The notes under the pieces: generated by a model | What the model was told of the DNA's origin: nothing | The model's input: only the letters and a program-made list of their open reading frames with translations | The model's database searches: none | Made by a program: the position numbers and the translations under genes | Source of the DNA: an uncultured Methanosarcinaceae archaeon | Lineage (GTDB): Archaea > Halobacteriota > Methanosarcinia > Methanosarcinales > Methanosarcinaceae | Length of the DNA: 64,000 bases | NCBI GenBank assembly: GCA_963721455.1 | Contig: CAVRJG010000052.1 | Location: forward strand, 1 to 64,000 | Reading direction: 5' to 3' | Part shown: positions 63,957 to 64,000 of the stretch, piece by piece | Layout: every line of letters begins with the position of its first letter | Position numbering within the stretch: the stretch's first letter is position 1

Positions 63957-64000
63957 ATAGAAATCAATGGAGTAGAAATCGAAGACACATATGCAGAAGC
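63957..64000 (+). CDS. ftr: Formylmethanofuran:tetrahydromethanopterin formyltransferase, 5' end (ATA at the start position)
   Basis: ATA GAA ATC AAT GGA GTA GAA ATC GAA GAC ACA TAT GCA GAA = (M)EINGVEIEDTYAE, the Ftr N-terminus; GAGGGA RBS 5 nt upstream. Confidence 0.82.
   Translation, partial: MEINGVEIEDTYAE

Overview
Archaeal chromosomal DNA. Gene content (ftr, porCDAB, DP1, aRF1, duplicated-domain S-layer protein, NrdH/NrdD/NrdG) points to Methanosarcina; this is an inference from protein families. Mostly core genes: ppk1 (partial), MutS-like, secG, mtnA, ino1, radB, class III RNR operon, thiL, S-layer protein, a frameshift-riddled SsuABC-type transporter, four tandem single-TRAM genes, tRNA-Lys(CTT), two core methionine-synthase paralogs, argS, aRF1, taw1, DP1, signal peptidase, dus, por, Zn ABC transporter with DtxR-type regulator, GntP, a che cluster and the 5' end of ftr. 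There are two accessory patches: 28.3-31.7 kb (complete IS66-family element with 16-bp TIRs and 8-bp TSD inside decaying paralogs) and 45.2-47.7 kb (two MITE-like elements, a TPR remnant, an orphan gene). The main signal not explained by ordinary annotation is a set of amber (TAG) codons that could be read as pyrrolysine. (1) The cheY TAG is followed in frame by 13 pentapeptide repeats. (2) An ATG-initiated leader ORF with two TAGs lies upstream of the release factor gene aRF1. (3) The IS66 transposase is one ORF interrupted only by a TAG. In addition, ftr and radB appear to start at ATA. The pyl genes are not in this window, so all readthrough claims are hypotheses. No CRISPR array was found.
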